Part shown: one piece after another, positions 25,378 through 39,400 of the stretch
Layout of the letters: the number at the start of each line of letters is the position of its first letter
Numbering within the stretch: position 1 is the first letter of the stretch
Assembly: GCA_964016885.1 (NCBI GenBank)
Contig: OZ024742.1
Coordinates: forward strand, 215,450,001 to 215,514,000
DNA length: 64,000 nt
Source of the DNA: Eledone cirrhosa
Taxonomy: Eukaryota
Direction: 5' to 3'
The notes under the pieces: generated by a model
The model's database searches: none
What the model was told of the DNA's origin: nothing
Seen by the model: the letters and a program-made list of their open reading frames with translations, nothing else
Position numbers and translations under genes: made by a program

Positions 25378-25966
25378 GTGTGAGTGTGTGCGTGCGCGTG
25401 CGCGTTTGTATATATACATTTGAAATCACAGACACACGGGTCAGATAGTAAGTGAAAGGAAGTGTGTTGATAGAGAAATATATTAATACGTAGATATTTA
25501 CTTATTGACTTCATGAAATGCGCACACACATTTACGCATATGCCACTTAACGTCATACATACATAATATATACATACATATATATACAATACACGCACAT
25601 TCAAACATATATTCGTAGATGTGCATGCATACCTTCCAACAGATATCCATGCAAATACACAGCCATAATTTCATAGAGATATACCAAATCGAGCCATTTG
25701 CTCTTCACGTACAGAGATGACTAAGATGCGCTACTATATAGAGCTTCATTCATTTAAAATTCTCAACTAAACTTGGCATATGTTTTACTAGCATGTGTAA
25801 CATAGAGACACGCCTACATAAAGTGTACGTGACGTCTCTGTTAAGAAGTACATGTGTATGATAATCTTAGTATAAATGTAAAAACTCAGGCGCAAGCACA
25901 TTGACACACTCACGTAAAAGTCCACACACATATATCCTCACATACTATCACGCACATACATGAACT

Positions 25967-26066
<100 letters not shown>

Positions 26067-26161
26067 TGTATATATATATATATATGTAGATATACATATA
26101 TATACATATATATACATATAGTAGAGTGGCACATGAAACGACACGAAATCTCACACATACG

Positions 26162-26299
<138 letters not shown>

Positions 26300-26451
26300 T
26301 ATATATATATTTATATATATATATACATACATATATATCTATATCTATCTATCTATATATATATATATATATATATATACATACATACATGTACATGTAT
26401 ATGTCGGTGTGTGTGCATGTATGTGTCTGTCAGTCTGTCTCTGTCTGTGTC

Positions 26452-26486
<35 letters not shown>

Positions 26487-26857
26487 CGCTATCGATTTGA
26501 CATCAAAGTGAACATGTGTAATTACGTAAAATAATGTAATTAAGAAACAAGTTAAGTAATATATGAAAGTCATTATATTTTACCGATTTTATAAATTAAA
26601 TTATATAATTCAGTTTAAGCTGAATCAAGTAATATGAAATATTTTAAATTGGAGAGTATAAAGCTTGCAGTTGCAGGAGTTTCTTCTAACAATATTTATT
26701 TTATATTCCATTAAGATAAATTATATTAAATAAGATATGCATCACATTTAAATGTCTCTACTATTATTATATATAAACACGCACCTGCTTAAACATACAC
26801 ATGCGCATATGCACACACACTCACGCACACATACACACGCACAGACGCTCACACACG

Positions 26858-26950
<93 letters not shown>

Positions 26951-26962
26951 TTAATATAGATG

Positions 26963-27013
26963 AGATTCTACAGGACTAGAACTGTTTCATTCATTAGAAA
27001 TCATCAGGAATCT
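26963..27013 (-). ncRNA. Type I hammerhead (family A), left arm of palindrome
   Basis: Reverse complement matches 1318-1368. Confidence 0.85.
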
Positions 27014-27062
27014 ATTCCTGATGATTTCTAATGAATGAAACAGTTCTAGTCCTGTAGAATCT
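27014..27062 (+). ncRNA. Type I hammerhead (family A), right arm of palindrome
   Basis: attc CTGATGA tttctaatgaat GAA ACAG ttctagtc CTGT A gaat. Confidence 0.82.
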
Positions 27063-27163
27063 CATCTATATTAAAACTGTTATACTCTGCTATGTATTGA
27101 GTACCTTACTTACTGTGGTTACCTCCGATTCAACCCGGAATAACGTATATATATATATATATA

Positions 27164-27368
<205 letters not shown>

Positions 27369-27550
27369 GTAAAAGTATCTGAATCTGTGGCTGTATGTAA
27401 GTGCACACGCACCTGTCTGCATACATATCCATATATAGTGAAGAGAGGGGGGCCATATTTTAATTGGCCCAAATCTATTCATCAATATGCTGATATATGC
27501 AAAAATAAATGCCTGTGTGTTTATGTGTGAATGTATGTACAAAAACGGTT

Positions 27551-27633
<83 letters not shown>

Positions 27634-27649
27634 ATAGAGAGAGAGAGAT

Positions 27650-27690
<41 letters not shown>

Positions 27691-27693
27691 GAA

Positions 27694-27725
<32 letters not shown>

Positions 27726-27744
27726 GGGGTAGAGAGAGAGAGAT

Positions 27745-27786
<42 letters not shown>

Positions 27787-28142
27787 CAAGAGAGAGAGAG
27801 AGAGAGAGAGAGAGATTAAACAAATGAGATAAATATTTATGAAGTTGCTCAGAAAAATAGATTAATTATGGAAGGTTCAGTAATAGCAAAATACAAAACA
27901 ATATGTCAGGAAATGCAACATACATGAAGTACCCTGTAAATCTACCTTCCTATTACCGGTTAAATAATTTTTGTTTAAATCTGCAATAACAATTTCACGC
28001 ATCACAACCAAGTAGCCATGGAATTATGAATACTATTACAAACAACACAGCTGGGTGCTACTGGAATTTAAGAGAGTGAACTACTTACAATTTTGTTGGA
28101 ATACTAAACACATTGTTTCAGACGGATCATAAAAGCCTTATA

Positions 28143-28343
28143 ATGTTTTCTGATTTAGGCACAAGGTCAACTATTTTTGGGAAGGGGAAGTCGATTAAAT
28201 CGACCTCAGGACGTTAATGGTACTCCATGTTATCGACCTCGTAAAGGAGACATGCAAAGCTAACCCCGGCGATATTTGAATTCAGGACATAACAATAGGA
28301 CGTGAGGAATGGTGACCGACGTACTAACTTTACTGCCAATCAA
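28143..28343 (-). mobile_element. tRNA-derived SINE, diverged
   Basis: Degenerate match to the other SINE copies (atcgacc..aaagc..atttgaa). Confidence 0.6.
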
Positions 28344-28360
28344 TGATCCTTATAAGAGCC

Positions 28361-28540
28361 TCAGTATTGGTAGAGGGGCGGGCGCCATGTTTTGACGTAT
28401 AGAGTTACGGCCCTTGCCATTCTGAGTTCAAATCCCGCCAAAGTTAACTTTACCTTTCATCCTTACGGGGTCGATAAAATAAAGTACCAGTAATGCACTG
28501 GTTTATTTCTGTCCTTGTGCCTAACGTAGAAACAATTAAT
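28361..28540 (+). mobile_element. tRNA-derived SINE (Meta-domain-like)
   Basis: gagttcaaatccc B-box; gttaactttacctttcatccttacggggtcgataaaataaagtaccag. Confidence 0.82.
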
Positions 28541-28664
28541 GAAAAATGAAATAAAATTAAGAAATAAGATTGTCATTGTGATATTATTTTTATGCATGCA
28601 TACAAAGAATCGTACACACACATATACAAAGACAGACTGACACACACAATAACACACACACACG

Positions 28665-28745
<81 letters not shown>

Positions 28746-29025
28746 GACACACACAGACACACAAAATTGATTTTAAAATTACACATTTTATAAATTATTT
28801 TCTTTTAATATTCATAATTATATTTAGTTTAGAACAAGATTCCTGAAACCATCACCGTTTCTAGCTGTTAACGGACGTTTTCTTAAGGAAATCATGTGAC
28901 AGATCTTTGCCGCATCTTAAACGTTAAATAAACTGACGAACGCAATTTTTGAAGACAAATGTTGACATATAAATCGAAAAATTATTAATACAACTACATT
29001 AAACAGAAAGACATACATTTCATCA

Positions 29026-29090
<65 letters not shown>

Positions 29091-29142
29091 CATGTGTTTA
29101 TATACTTATATATATACATGCACACGCACACACACATGTATA

Positions 29143-29237
<95 letters not shown>

Positions 29238-29414
29238 ATAATATTAAATGTGAATACTAAAATGCAAAGAGGGCCCGATAAGGATAAATATATATGAAAT
29301 ATATAAGAACCCTAGAGCAAATATTTATTAAAATAACAGATTAAGTTCAAACAAAGAATCGCTGCTTTCACGCTTAACGGGATCTTCTGAAACAATATAT
29401 ATATATGCGTGTGT

Positions 29415-29530
<116 letters not shown>

Positions 29531-29572
29531 ATTAAATCTTTCTTTTAATGATTACCTGTGTTTTCTCTTTTA

Positions 29573-29647
<75 letters not shown>

Positions 29648-29696
29648 TATATATATATTTATATATATGTGTGTGTGTGTATATATATATATATAT

Positions 29697-29766
<70 letters not shown>

Positions 29767-29790
29767 GCAGTATTTTTCTCTCTATTTTAT

Positions 29791-29867
<77 letters not shown>

Positions 29868-29940
29868 ATATGAAAGAAAATGCACGCTCTACATGGCTGA
29901 ATACAGTAAATATAATCTGAGTTTTTCGAATATTAATAAT

Positions 29941-30130
29941 TGTTTCTACTATTGGCACAAAAGGTACCAATTTTGCAGTACATTACTGGTACTTTATTTT
30001 ATCGACCCCGTAAGGATGAAAGGCAAAGTTAACCTCGACAGGATTTGAACTCAGAATGGCAAGGGCCGTAACTCAATGCGTCAAATCATGGCGTCCGACC
30101 CTCGACCGATACTGCCAATTCACCGCCCTA
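29941..30130 (-). mobile_element. Full-length tRNA-derived SINE with 12-bp target-site duplication
   Basis: A-box tggcagtatcgg, B-box gagttcaaatcc; TSD aatattaataat at 29929-29940 and 30134-30145. Confidence 0.88.
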
Positions 30131-30244
30131 TCAAATATTAATAATAACATTCGATTCCTTTGCAATTATGCAAACAAGCTTCAATTGTATAGCCATGTCA
30201 GTAGAATTAACCCTTCATTTTTGCTATGTGTTGGCATGTGAATA

Positions 30245-30294
30245 GAACTGCAGACACTAAGGTTTCGGGGTATCACCCTTCATCAGTACAGCTC
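30245..30294 (-). ncRNA. Type I hammerhead (family E)
   Basis: Minus strand: gagctgta CTGATGA agggtgatacccc GAA ACC ttag TGT C tgcagttc. Confidence 0.8.
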
Positions 30295-30569
30295 ACTGTT
30301 CACCTGCCAAACTGTCAGTATTCAGCCAGGTAGAGCGAAAATTTTCTTTTTTATTTGAATTTGGCAAAGCCGGCCATTTATCGCTGGTATACAGGAAACT
30401 GACTGATCAGTCTGCTGATATGCAAATACGGCTGATCAGTGGATCTGCTAATATGCAGATCTGACTAATCAGCTAGTCTGCTAATATGCAAATCAGGCCG
30501 ATCAGGAGTGTGTATTTTTGAAAATAGCATATATGTTTACTAGCTCTGACAGTTTGGCAGGTGAACAGT

Positions 30570-30619
30570 GAGCTGTACTGATGAAGGGTGATACCCAGAA
30601 ACATTAGTGGCTGCAGTTC
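30570..30619 (+). ncRNA. Hammerhead (family E), cleavage triplet mutated to GGC
   Basis: gagctgta CTGATGA agggtgataccca GAA ACA ttag TGG C tgcagttc. Confidence 0.75.
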
Positions 30620-30981
30620 TATTAACATGCCAATACAAGATCAAGAATGAAGGGTTGATTCTACTGACATGGCTATACAATTGAGGCTTGTTTGCATAAT
30701 TGAAAACGAATCGAATGTTATTGTTAATATTGCAAAAACTCAGATTACATTTATTATATGGATATATATATATGTGTGTATATATAAATATGTTGTATTT
30801 GAGAGTGCACAGGTGCGTGTATACATATGCAGGTGGACGTACACATAGAAGGATACAGAGATTTCTAATTAGCTCCAGAGACCATTACGTGGAAAATTCC
30901 TTGATTAGAGAAATATGACGTGTCATGTTAGATGCTAATAACCACACACGCATTCATGTGTGCCTAAGTGTATGTGCCTGA

Positions 30982-31051
<70 letters not shown>

Positions 31052-31054
31052 CTC

Positions 31055-31133
<79 letters not shown>

Positions 31134-31603
31134 GTTTTCCTGTTTGAGTGTGTGTGTCATTGTGTATATATTTGCTGCATCTGTGGTATACATATGCACA
31201 CATACATGAACAAACACATGTTTAAAAGACTTGAGTGACAAAAATCACATTCGAAATTTCATTGAGCAACAGTTTGCCATTATTCTAAACTGCTGTACTC
31301 TGATTCAATTATATATGATGGAAAACGATATAGCTTCGAAGCTAAATTCACATTCACACGAACATGCTCACGCAAGAAGTCACAGCACAAATATTTGCTG
31401 AAACACACAAACGTACAATACGTTTTTGCACATAAATATGTGTACCTGCTGAACAGGGTAGGTACGTTTCCGAATGGATGAACAACTAATGAAACCAGCA
31501 AATCTCATTGTTACAGTATTATTCGGCCGTAACTCTCATAGAAATCTCTTATGAATCTGTACACACGCACACACAGACACACACACAGACACACAGACAC
31601 ACA

Positions 31604-31686
<83 letters not shown>

Positions 31687-32689
31687 TTATATATATATAT
31701 ATACATATACATATATAATTGGTGTTAGATGCTTAAAGCGTTCGTATGCGGTAGGCCGTATGAGCACTCGATGCTCCCATAGAGCAGAACAAAAAGAGAA
31801 TCAGTGTTACGAGGAATGGAAGTTATTGAACATATTACAATCGTTTCTCTGGCGACCATCTCGAGGCACGATCGATGTGATGGTAGAACATGACTCTGAA
31901 AATCGCAAGATCCTCAGAAACGTCTTGATTCTACGAGGCAGCTTTTCCTAATGTCCTTTTACATCGATATCCTTCGCCTGTCGGCTTAGATCCTGTTGTT
32001 GTCAATCTATGAGTCGTCAAGAATTGTACACGTCATCAATATTTCTAGCCACTCATGGTTGTCCACTATTTGGTTCTTTTCATTCTCGACCTGTCAATCA
32101 AAGTTGTTTCTTAGATTGCAATTGCTACTGCAGTAGGTAAGGGGTTCTATGCTTGAACTGCTGGCGGCCTGTCCACTTCTTGTCTGTCTTTAGGCGCCCT
32201 CGTCCACACCAATCACGTACATACCCGCAATTGTATTGTATGCGACAATCACCGTAAATAATGCTTGGAGGGAATAAAAAAAAAAATAGAAAAATATTTA
32301 GTATAACGTTTCAAGAACACAGCCTCAGAATACCTTAAAACATACATATTTCAAAAAGAAAAAAACTCTGTACAAAGAATGTTTTTAAATGAATGCTTCG
32401 TTAAAAAAATTATCAAAGGGAGGACAAGACCACGAACAGTAACAAGACAAAATGAAAAACAATTTATGTAGAAACCATAAAAATTTGTTTATCAAAAATG
32501 AAATTACAAACGAAGGTCACAGAACTCCATGGTCTTCTGTCGTTGAGATGGACTTGGGAAGTTTTTTCTCTATCGCTGCAACCTTACTGAACCAAATGGA
32601 TTCAATTCCACTCACCCTTCTCAGGGCGAAGTCCTATTTGCTGTTGATGACTGCCTCCGTCAATGTCTGCTTAACTTAATCACCAATGC

Positions 32690-33448
32690 CGAGAGGGACG
32701 CGTTCAGTTTCAGGTAATGGGTCCCTGTCTGTGTAGTCTTTCTAGAGAGACCACACAGATCAGAAATATGTGGTCTGTGTAGTTGACTACCTTGAATTGT
32801 GTACAAGCTTTTCTGAACCTAACTATTTTACTACAAAATATCCTATCTACATACAATCTGGATGACTCGATGAGGATTATCTATATCCATATGTGTACAT
32901 TCGGGAAATCAAATCAGTACCTGTTAGACAGTTGTAAGCGTTTGGGCAGGGTTGCGAGGCTTTTTTCATCCTCATCTCCTATCCGCTAGTCCATCACATT
33001 CCCAGCATCCATCCAAGATCCTATTCCAATCGCCTACTAACACCACATAGTGGAAAGTTCATATGAAGGTCTCCATGCGCCGGAAGGAATCAGACAACCT
33101 TGCACCTGTTGGGGCATACACGGCCACTAAACTGAAGGCATGCCCGTCGCTGCGGGTCACGTCTAGCATCACCAACCTACTTTCTGTCTCCAAGATTTTT
33201 GACCGTGTCTGGAGATCCAGATCTCTCCAAAACAACCCAGTTACTCTACTTTTAGATCCCGGATGGCTTGGTGGCGCGTATACAACGTATACAAAATGGG
33301 TGCGAAAGCTCGTGCCTCGGAGATTCTGTGTCATTGATGGCCACCACATCTATGTTCAGTGACCTGAGGTCGTTTAGAAGGTGACCATTCTTCCAAGGCT
33401 TCGCCAGGTTACGTTCAATTATACGGCCTATTCTGAAAGAGGCCATGT
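32690..33448 (-). pseudogene. L1/Tx1-like LINE APE endonuclease remnant
   Basis: Across frames: LNIDVVAINDT, FSLVAVYAPT, LVGDWN, YVDRIF, YTDH, GPHYLKLNASL (compare GPGYWKLN). Confidence 0.78.
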
Positions 33449-34183
33449 TGAATGAAGGAGGGAATAAGTGAGAGAGAACGTACCCTTGTCTTTGTTGTAG
33501 AGGGACGGTTGCTTCGTTTGTCTGACTAGATGTAGCCTTCTTCACCAGGATGCCTCTGCATATTTTTTGGAGTTTGTTTCTTGGAAGTCGAAGAATAAAG
33601 CTTCTATTTTTTTAGGGTAGGGGTTATTTCAGTTATTTTTATGAGTTGGTAAGTGATTTTTGGTGATGTTCTTTAATTATTTTCTGTTGTTGCGCTGTAT
33701 GTTGTTTTAACCAAAAAAATGAGTGCCAATATTATGCAAGTTAGTGTGTACATTTCAGTGATACTAAGTGAGGATAAACGCCTTTCAGTTACGTGTTTTT
33801 AGGCTTGTTCAGATGAAACAAACATTTCATAATGAGAAAAGAAATGCTTTGAAAATCAATCCAATATATTTATATCACCAAAACAACGGAAATACGCAAT
33901 AACGAGCCTGGTGTATTCTATCACGTAGATAGAATATTATCTTGAAATTGACGTACTAATTTACATATCATTAGCGTTCATTTTGGACGTTAATTAAGAT
34001 GTATATTACAGTATTCGCTACACAGCCTAATACAGCAAATTAGTACATCCATTTTAGGATGATTCTCCAAGTGTTAAGCTATGTTATCCCCAGGGGTCTT
34101 TTGTGGATTATTCGATAATAGATATACCATGTGATGGAAACCCAAATACACTTCCCACATTATCACTCTGTCCGTCTCTCCAC

Positions 34184-34233
<50 letters not shown>

Positions 34234-35232
34234 CTCTTTCTCTCTCTTTCGTTCTCTTTCTCTCTCTTTCCCTCTCTCACTCTCTCTCTTTCTCTGTAAA
34301 ATTCAGCGAAATACGTGGACCCTCAAATTCGTTCGATTCCTTCACTGGGGCGGAGGGTTTAACCAACAGCCCTTAGATGTTGACCATCCCTGAGTCAAAT
34401 ATCTCCCATTTTGTTTCTATACCCAGTTTGTGTTTAACATGATTCCTTTATGAGTGTTATGCAGTAAACCTGCTGATGTCACTCGAATTCTAATGGCTAT
34501 TGAAATATATATAATGTCTGCAAAAATAAAAATAAAAATTATAGGAATTCCAAAAATCCGGCCTCCTGCCACTTTATTCAACAATAGTTATCTCCGTTCC
34601 CGCACCATCAACGGAATCTTACTTCAAATTGATTGAATTGCGTTACTTTGAGTGCTATTCCACCTAATGCATCATGGTTAACTATACGGAATGATCAGTT
34701 TTATCCAGCGGGAAACCACCATCTTCAATATGTATATGTATATATATATATATATATAAATGATTTCAGTTTTTTTTTCGAAATACAATTATTTTCAATC
34801 ACACAGTATCTTTGTAGCCAAGTCGTTTACTAATCACTTCCTAAGTACTTTGTCGCATCACCAACACCACAACAAAATCCCTTTCATAACAGCCACAACT
34901 AACATCACCATGACCACTATATCCACTACCATCACTATAGCCATTAGCATTACAAGCATACCGACATTAATATTACTTTAGCAACGTAACCATTAGAAGC
35001 AACTGCAATAGAACGTATGTCATCACATTAAACAATATAAAATGCAATGTAATATTACAAAAATAAAGCAGGCGAATACAGTGATATTCCCTAGAGCATT
35101 CCGAATTACTCAAGAGGGGTCTTTGCATCAGCAAGTTGTTCTAGTTTTCCGGTTTTATAATACATGATTTCCAGCTTCTATTGTAGTATCACATCATCAT
35201 TATCATCGTATTAATCATGATCATTAGCTGCT

Positions 35233-35248
35233 ATAGCAGCGGCAGCAA

Positions 35249-35332
<84 letters not shown>

Positions 35333-35336
35333 CAGC

Positions 35337-35374
<38 letters not shown>

Positions 35375-35408
35375 CAGCAGCAGCAGCAGCAGTAGCAGTA
35401 GTAGTAGC

Positions 35409-35440
<32 letters not shown>
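35233..35440. repeat. (TAG)n/(CAG)n trinucleotide microsatellite
   Basis: About 70 triplets. Confidence 0.95.
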
Positions 35441-35442
<2 letters not shown>

Positions 35443-35623
35443 TATGAGATTGTTGAGGAAGCAGTTGATGTGGGAGTAGGAGCAATAGTAGTATCGTCGC
35501 CTCCACGACCACCTGAAAACGGTAATAAATCGAAAAGATTAGTGAGAGAGAATAGTTGAGGTGTGCGAGAGAGAGAGAGAAAGGGGTGAAGAGGCAGAGC
35601 GAGTGAGAGAAAGATATATATAT

Positions 35624-35700
35624 CCCACCACCACATCACTCTCAAGAGCGTGAAACTAATAAACCTTTGTTCGTACTGCCTCTCTGTTTTGTTCCCGTTA
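35624..35700 (+). mobile_element. Orphan 3' tail of the Neptune-like PLE family
   Basis: Matches the reverse complement of 10828-10903. Confidence 0.75.
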
Positions 35701-35711
35701 TATTGTTTACT

Positions 35712-35812
35712 ATCCCGCCGAGGTTAACTTTGCCTTTCATCCTTACGAGGTCGATAAAATAAAGTACCAGTAGTGTACTGTTATTGCTAGCCTTGTGCCA
35801 AAACTAGAAATA
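35712..35812 (+). mobile_element. 5'-truncated SINE
   Basis: gaggttaactttgcctttcatccttacgaggtcgataaaataaagtaccag..ttgtgccaaaactagaaa. Confidence 0.8.
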
Positions 35813-35828
35813 GTTATATTTTTTACTA

Positions 35829-35927
<99 letters not shown>

Positions 35928-35930
35928 AGA

Positions 35931-36006
<76 letters not shown>

Positions 36007-36421
36007 ATAGTGAGAGAGGATTAAGGAAAGTGTGAGGGTAAGGATGAGAAAGGAGGCCAGTGAGAGAGATAAAGAAATCAGAGGAAAACGATATAAGAAT
36101 AGGGATTCGGGGAGATGTGTGAATGAGTTACTGTTTAGAAAAAGAAACTGAAAACTTTAAAGAGGTGTGAAAAGGGACACAAAATCGAGAGGCAGGAATA
36201 TGAAGACGGAAGGGGAAGAAATAGATGTGAAAGAGAATTAAATAGAGTGAGACTAGCAGAAAGTCAGTAATATGGGAAGAATGAATGAAAAAATGAAGGC
36301 GATAGAAAGAATAAGGTAAATTGTTATATTAAGACTATGTGTTGGCGTTAATGGATAAATAAATGTCTCGGGTGGTGGGGCTCGTATTTATTAACCTTAT
36401 TGATGATGATGAGGCGGGGCT

Positions 36422-39400
36422 TATAGTGATGTGTTGTTGCTGATAGTTAGATAGATGGTGGAGTGGTGTTTGTAGTGGTGTGTTGTTGGTGATAGTTAGA
36501 TAGATGGTGGAGTGGTGTTTGTAGTGGTGTGTTGTTGGTGATAGTTAGATAGTTGGTGGAGTGGTGTTTGTAGTGGTATGTTGTTGGTGATAGTTAGAAG
36601 GATGGTGGAGTGGTGTTTGTAGTGGTGTGTTGTTGGTGATAGGTAGATAGATGGTGGAGTGGTGTTTGTAGTGGTGTGTTTTTGCTGATAGTTAGATAGA
36701 TGGTGGAGTGGTGTTTGTAGTGGTGTGTTGTTGGTGATAGTTAGATAGATGGTGGAGTGGTGTTTGTAGTGGTGTGTTGTTGGTGATAGTTAATTAGTTG
36801 GTGGAGTGGTGTTTGTAGTGGTGTGTTGTTGGTGATAGTTAGATAGATGGTGGAGTGGTGTTTCTAGTGGTGTGTTGTTGCTGATAGTTAGATAGATGGT
36901 GAAGTGGTGTTTGTAGTGGTGTATTGTTGGTGATAGTTAGATAGATGGTGGAGTGGTGTTTGTAGTGGTGTGTTGTTGGTGATAGTTAGATAGATGGTGA
37001 AGTGGTGTTTGTAGTGGTGTGTTGTTGGTGATAGTTAATTAGTTGGTGGAGTGCTGTTTGTAGTGGTGTGTTGTTGGTGATAGTTAGATAGTTGGTGGAG
37101 TGGTGTTTATAGTGGTGTGTTGTTGGTGATAGTTAGATAGATGGTGGAGTGGTGTTTGTAGTGGTCTGTTGTTGCTGATAGTTAGATAGTTGCTGGAGTG
37201 CTGTTTGTAGTGGTGTGTTGTTGCTGATAGTTAGATAGTTGGTGGAGTGGTGTTTGTAGTGGTGTGTTGTTGGTGATAGTTAGATAGTTGGTGGACTGTT
37301 GTTTATAGTGGTGTGTTGTTGGTGATAGTTAGATAGATGGTGGAGTGGTGTTTGTAGTGGTCTGTTGTTGGTGATAGTCGATAGATGGTGGAGTGGTGTT
37401 TGTAGTGGTGTGTTGTTGGTGATAGTTAGATAGTTGGGTGAGTGGTGTTTGTAGTGGTGTGTTGTTGGTGATAGTTAGATAGTTGGTGGAGTGGTGTTTG
37501 TAGTGGTGTGTTGTTGGTGATAGTTAGATAGATGGTGGAGTGGTGTTTGTAGTGGTGTGTTGTTGCTGTTAGTTAGATAGTTGGTGGAGTGGTGTTTGTA
37601 GTGCAGTGTTGTTGGTGATAGTTAGATAGTTGGTGGAGTGGTGTTTATAGTGGTGTGTTGTTGGTGATAGTTAGATAGTTGGTGGAGTGGTGTTCGTAGT
37701 GGTGTGTTGTTGCTGATAGTTAGATAGTTGGTGGAGTGGTATTTGTAGTGGTGTGTTGTTGGTGATAGTTAGATAGTTGGTGGAGTGGTGTTTGTAGCCA
37801 TGTGTTGTTGGTGATAGTTAGATAGATGGTGGAGTGGTGTTTGTAGTGGTGGGTTGTTGCTGATAGTTAGATAGTTGGTGGGGTGGTGTTTGTGGTGGTG
37901 TGTTGTTGTTATAGTTAGATAGTTGGTGGAGTGGTGTTTGTAGTGATGTGCTGTTGCTGATAGTTAGATAGTTAGTGGAGTGGTGTTTATAGTGGTGTGT
38001 TGTTGGTGATAGTTAGATAGTTGGTGGAGTGGTGTTTGTAGTGGTGTGTTTTTGGTATAGTTACATAGTTGGTGGAGTGGTGTTTGTAGTGGTGTGTTGT
38101 TGGTATAGTTACATAGTTGGTGGAGTGGTGTTTGTATTGGTGTGTTGTTTGTGATAGTTAGATAGATTTTGGAGTGGTGTTTGTAGTGGTGTGTTGTTGC
38201 TGATAGTTAGATAGATGGTAGAGCGGTGTTTGTAGTGGTGTGTTCTTGGTGATAGTTAGATAGTTGGTGGAGTGGTGTTTATAGTGGTGTGTAGTTGGTG
38301 ATAGTTAGATAGATGGTGGAGTGGTGTTTGTAGTGGTGTGTTGTTGCTGATAGTTAGATAGTTGTGGAGTGGTGTTTGTAGTGGTGTGTCGTTGGTGATA
38401 GGTAGATACTTGGTGGAGTGGTGTTTGTAGCCATGTATTGTTGGTGATAGTTAGATAGATGGTGGAGTGGTGTTTGTAGTGGTGTGTTGTTGCTGATAGT
38501 TAGATAGATGGTGGAGTGGTGTTTGTAGTGGTGTGTTGTTGGGGATAGTTAGATAGATGGTGGAGTGGTGTTTATAGTGGTGTGTTGTTGGTGATAGTTA
38601 CATAGTTGGTGGAGTGGTGTTTGTAGTGATGTGTTGTTGGTGATAGTTATATAGTTGGTGGGGTGGTGTTTATAGTGGTGTGTTGTTGGTATAGTTAGAT
38701 AGTTGGTGGAGTGGTGTTTGTAGTGATGTGCTGTTGCTGCTAGTTAGATAGTTAGTGGAGTGGTGTTTATAGTGTTGTGTTCTTGGTGATAGTTAGATAG
38801 TTGGTGGAGTGGTGTTTGTAGTGTTGTGTTGTTGGGGATAGTTAGATAGATGGTGGAGTGGTGTTTGTAGTGGTGTGTTATTGGTGATAGTTAGATAGTT
38901 GGTGGAGTGGTGTTTGTAGTCATGTGTTGTTGGTGATAGTTAGATAGTTGGTGGAGTGCTGTTTGTAGTGGTTTGTTGTTGGTGATAGTTAGATAGATGG
39001 TGGAGTGGTGTTTGTAGTGGTTTGTTGTTGGTGATAGTTAGATAGTTGGTGGAGTGGTGTTTGTAGTGGTGTGTTGTTGCTGATAGTGAGATAGATGGTG
39101 GAGTGGTGTTTGTAGTGGTGTGTTGTTGGTGATAGTTAGATAGATGGTGGAGTGGTGTTTATAGTGGTGTGTTGTTGGTGATAGTTAGATAGTTGGTGCA
39201 GTGGTGTTTGTAGTGGTGTGTTGTTGGTGATAGTTAGATAGATGGTGGCGTGGTGTTTATAGTGGTGTGTTGTTGCTGATAGTTAGATAGTTGGTGGAGT
39301 GGTATTTATAGCTGTGTGCTGTTGGTGATATTTAGATAGTTAGTGGAGTGGTGTTTATAGTGGTGTGTTATTGGTGATAGTTAGAGAGTTGGTGGGGTGT

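Larger units (their letters stand above)
29913..30747. mobile_element. Family E element with an inverted pseudo-LTR of about 200 bp (HHR on both strands)
   Basis: 29913-30318 (excluding the SINE) is the reverse complement of 30546-30747. Confidence 0.8.

Noticed and set aside
29941-30130. tRNA gene
   Set aside because: The A/B boxes belong to a multi-copy SINE with a TSD; no complete cloverleaf.
33805-33866. CAGATGA..hairpin..GAAA degenerate hammerhead
   Set aside because: Core is mutated and stems I and III are unsupported.
35211-35645. Poly-Thr/Ser/Leu ORFs
   Set aside because: Trinucleotide microsatellite read-through with no exon evidence.
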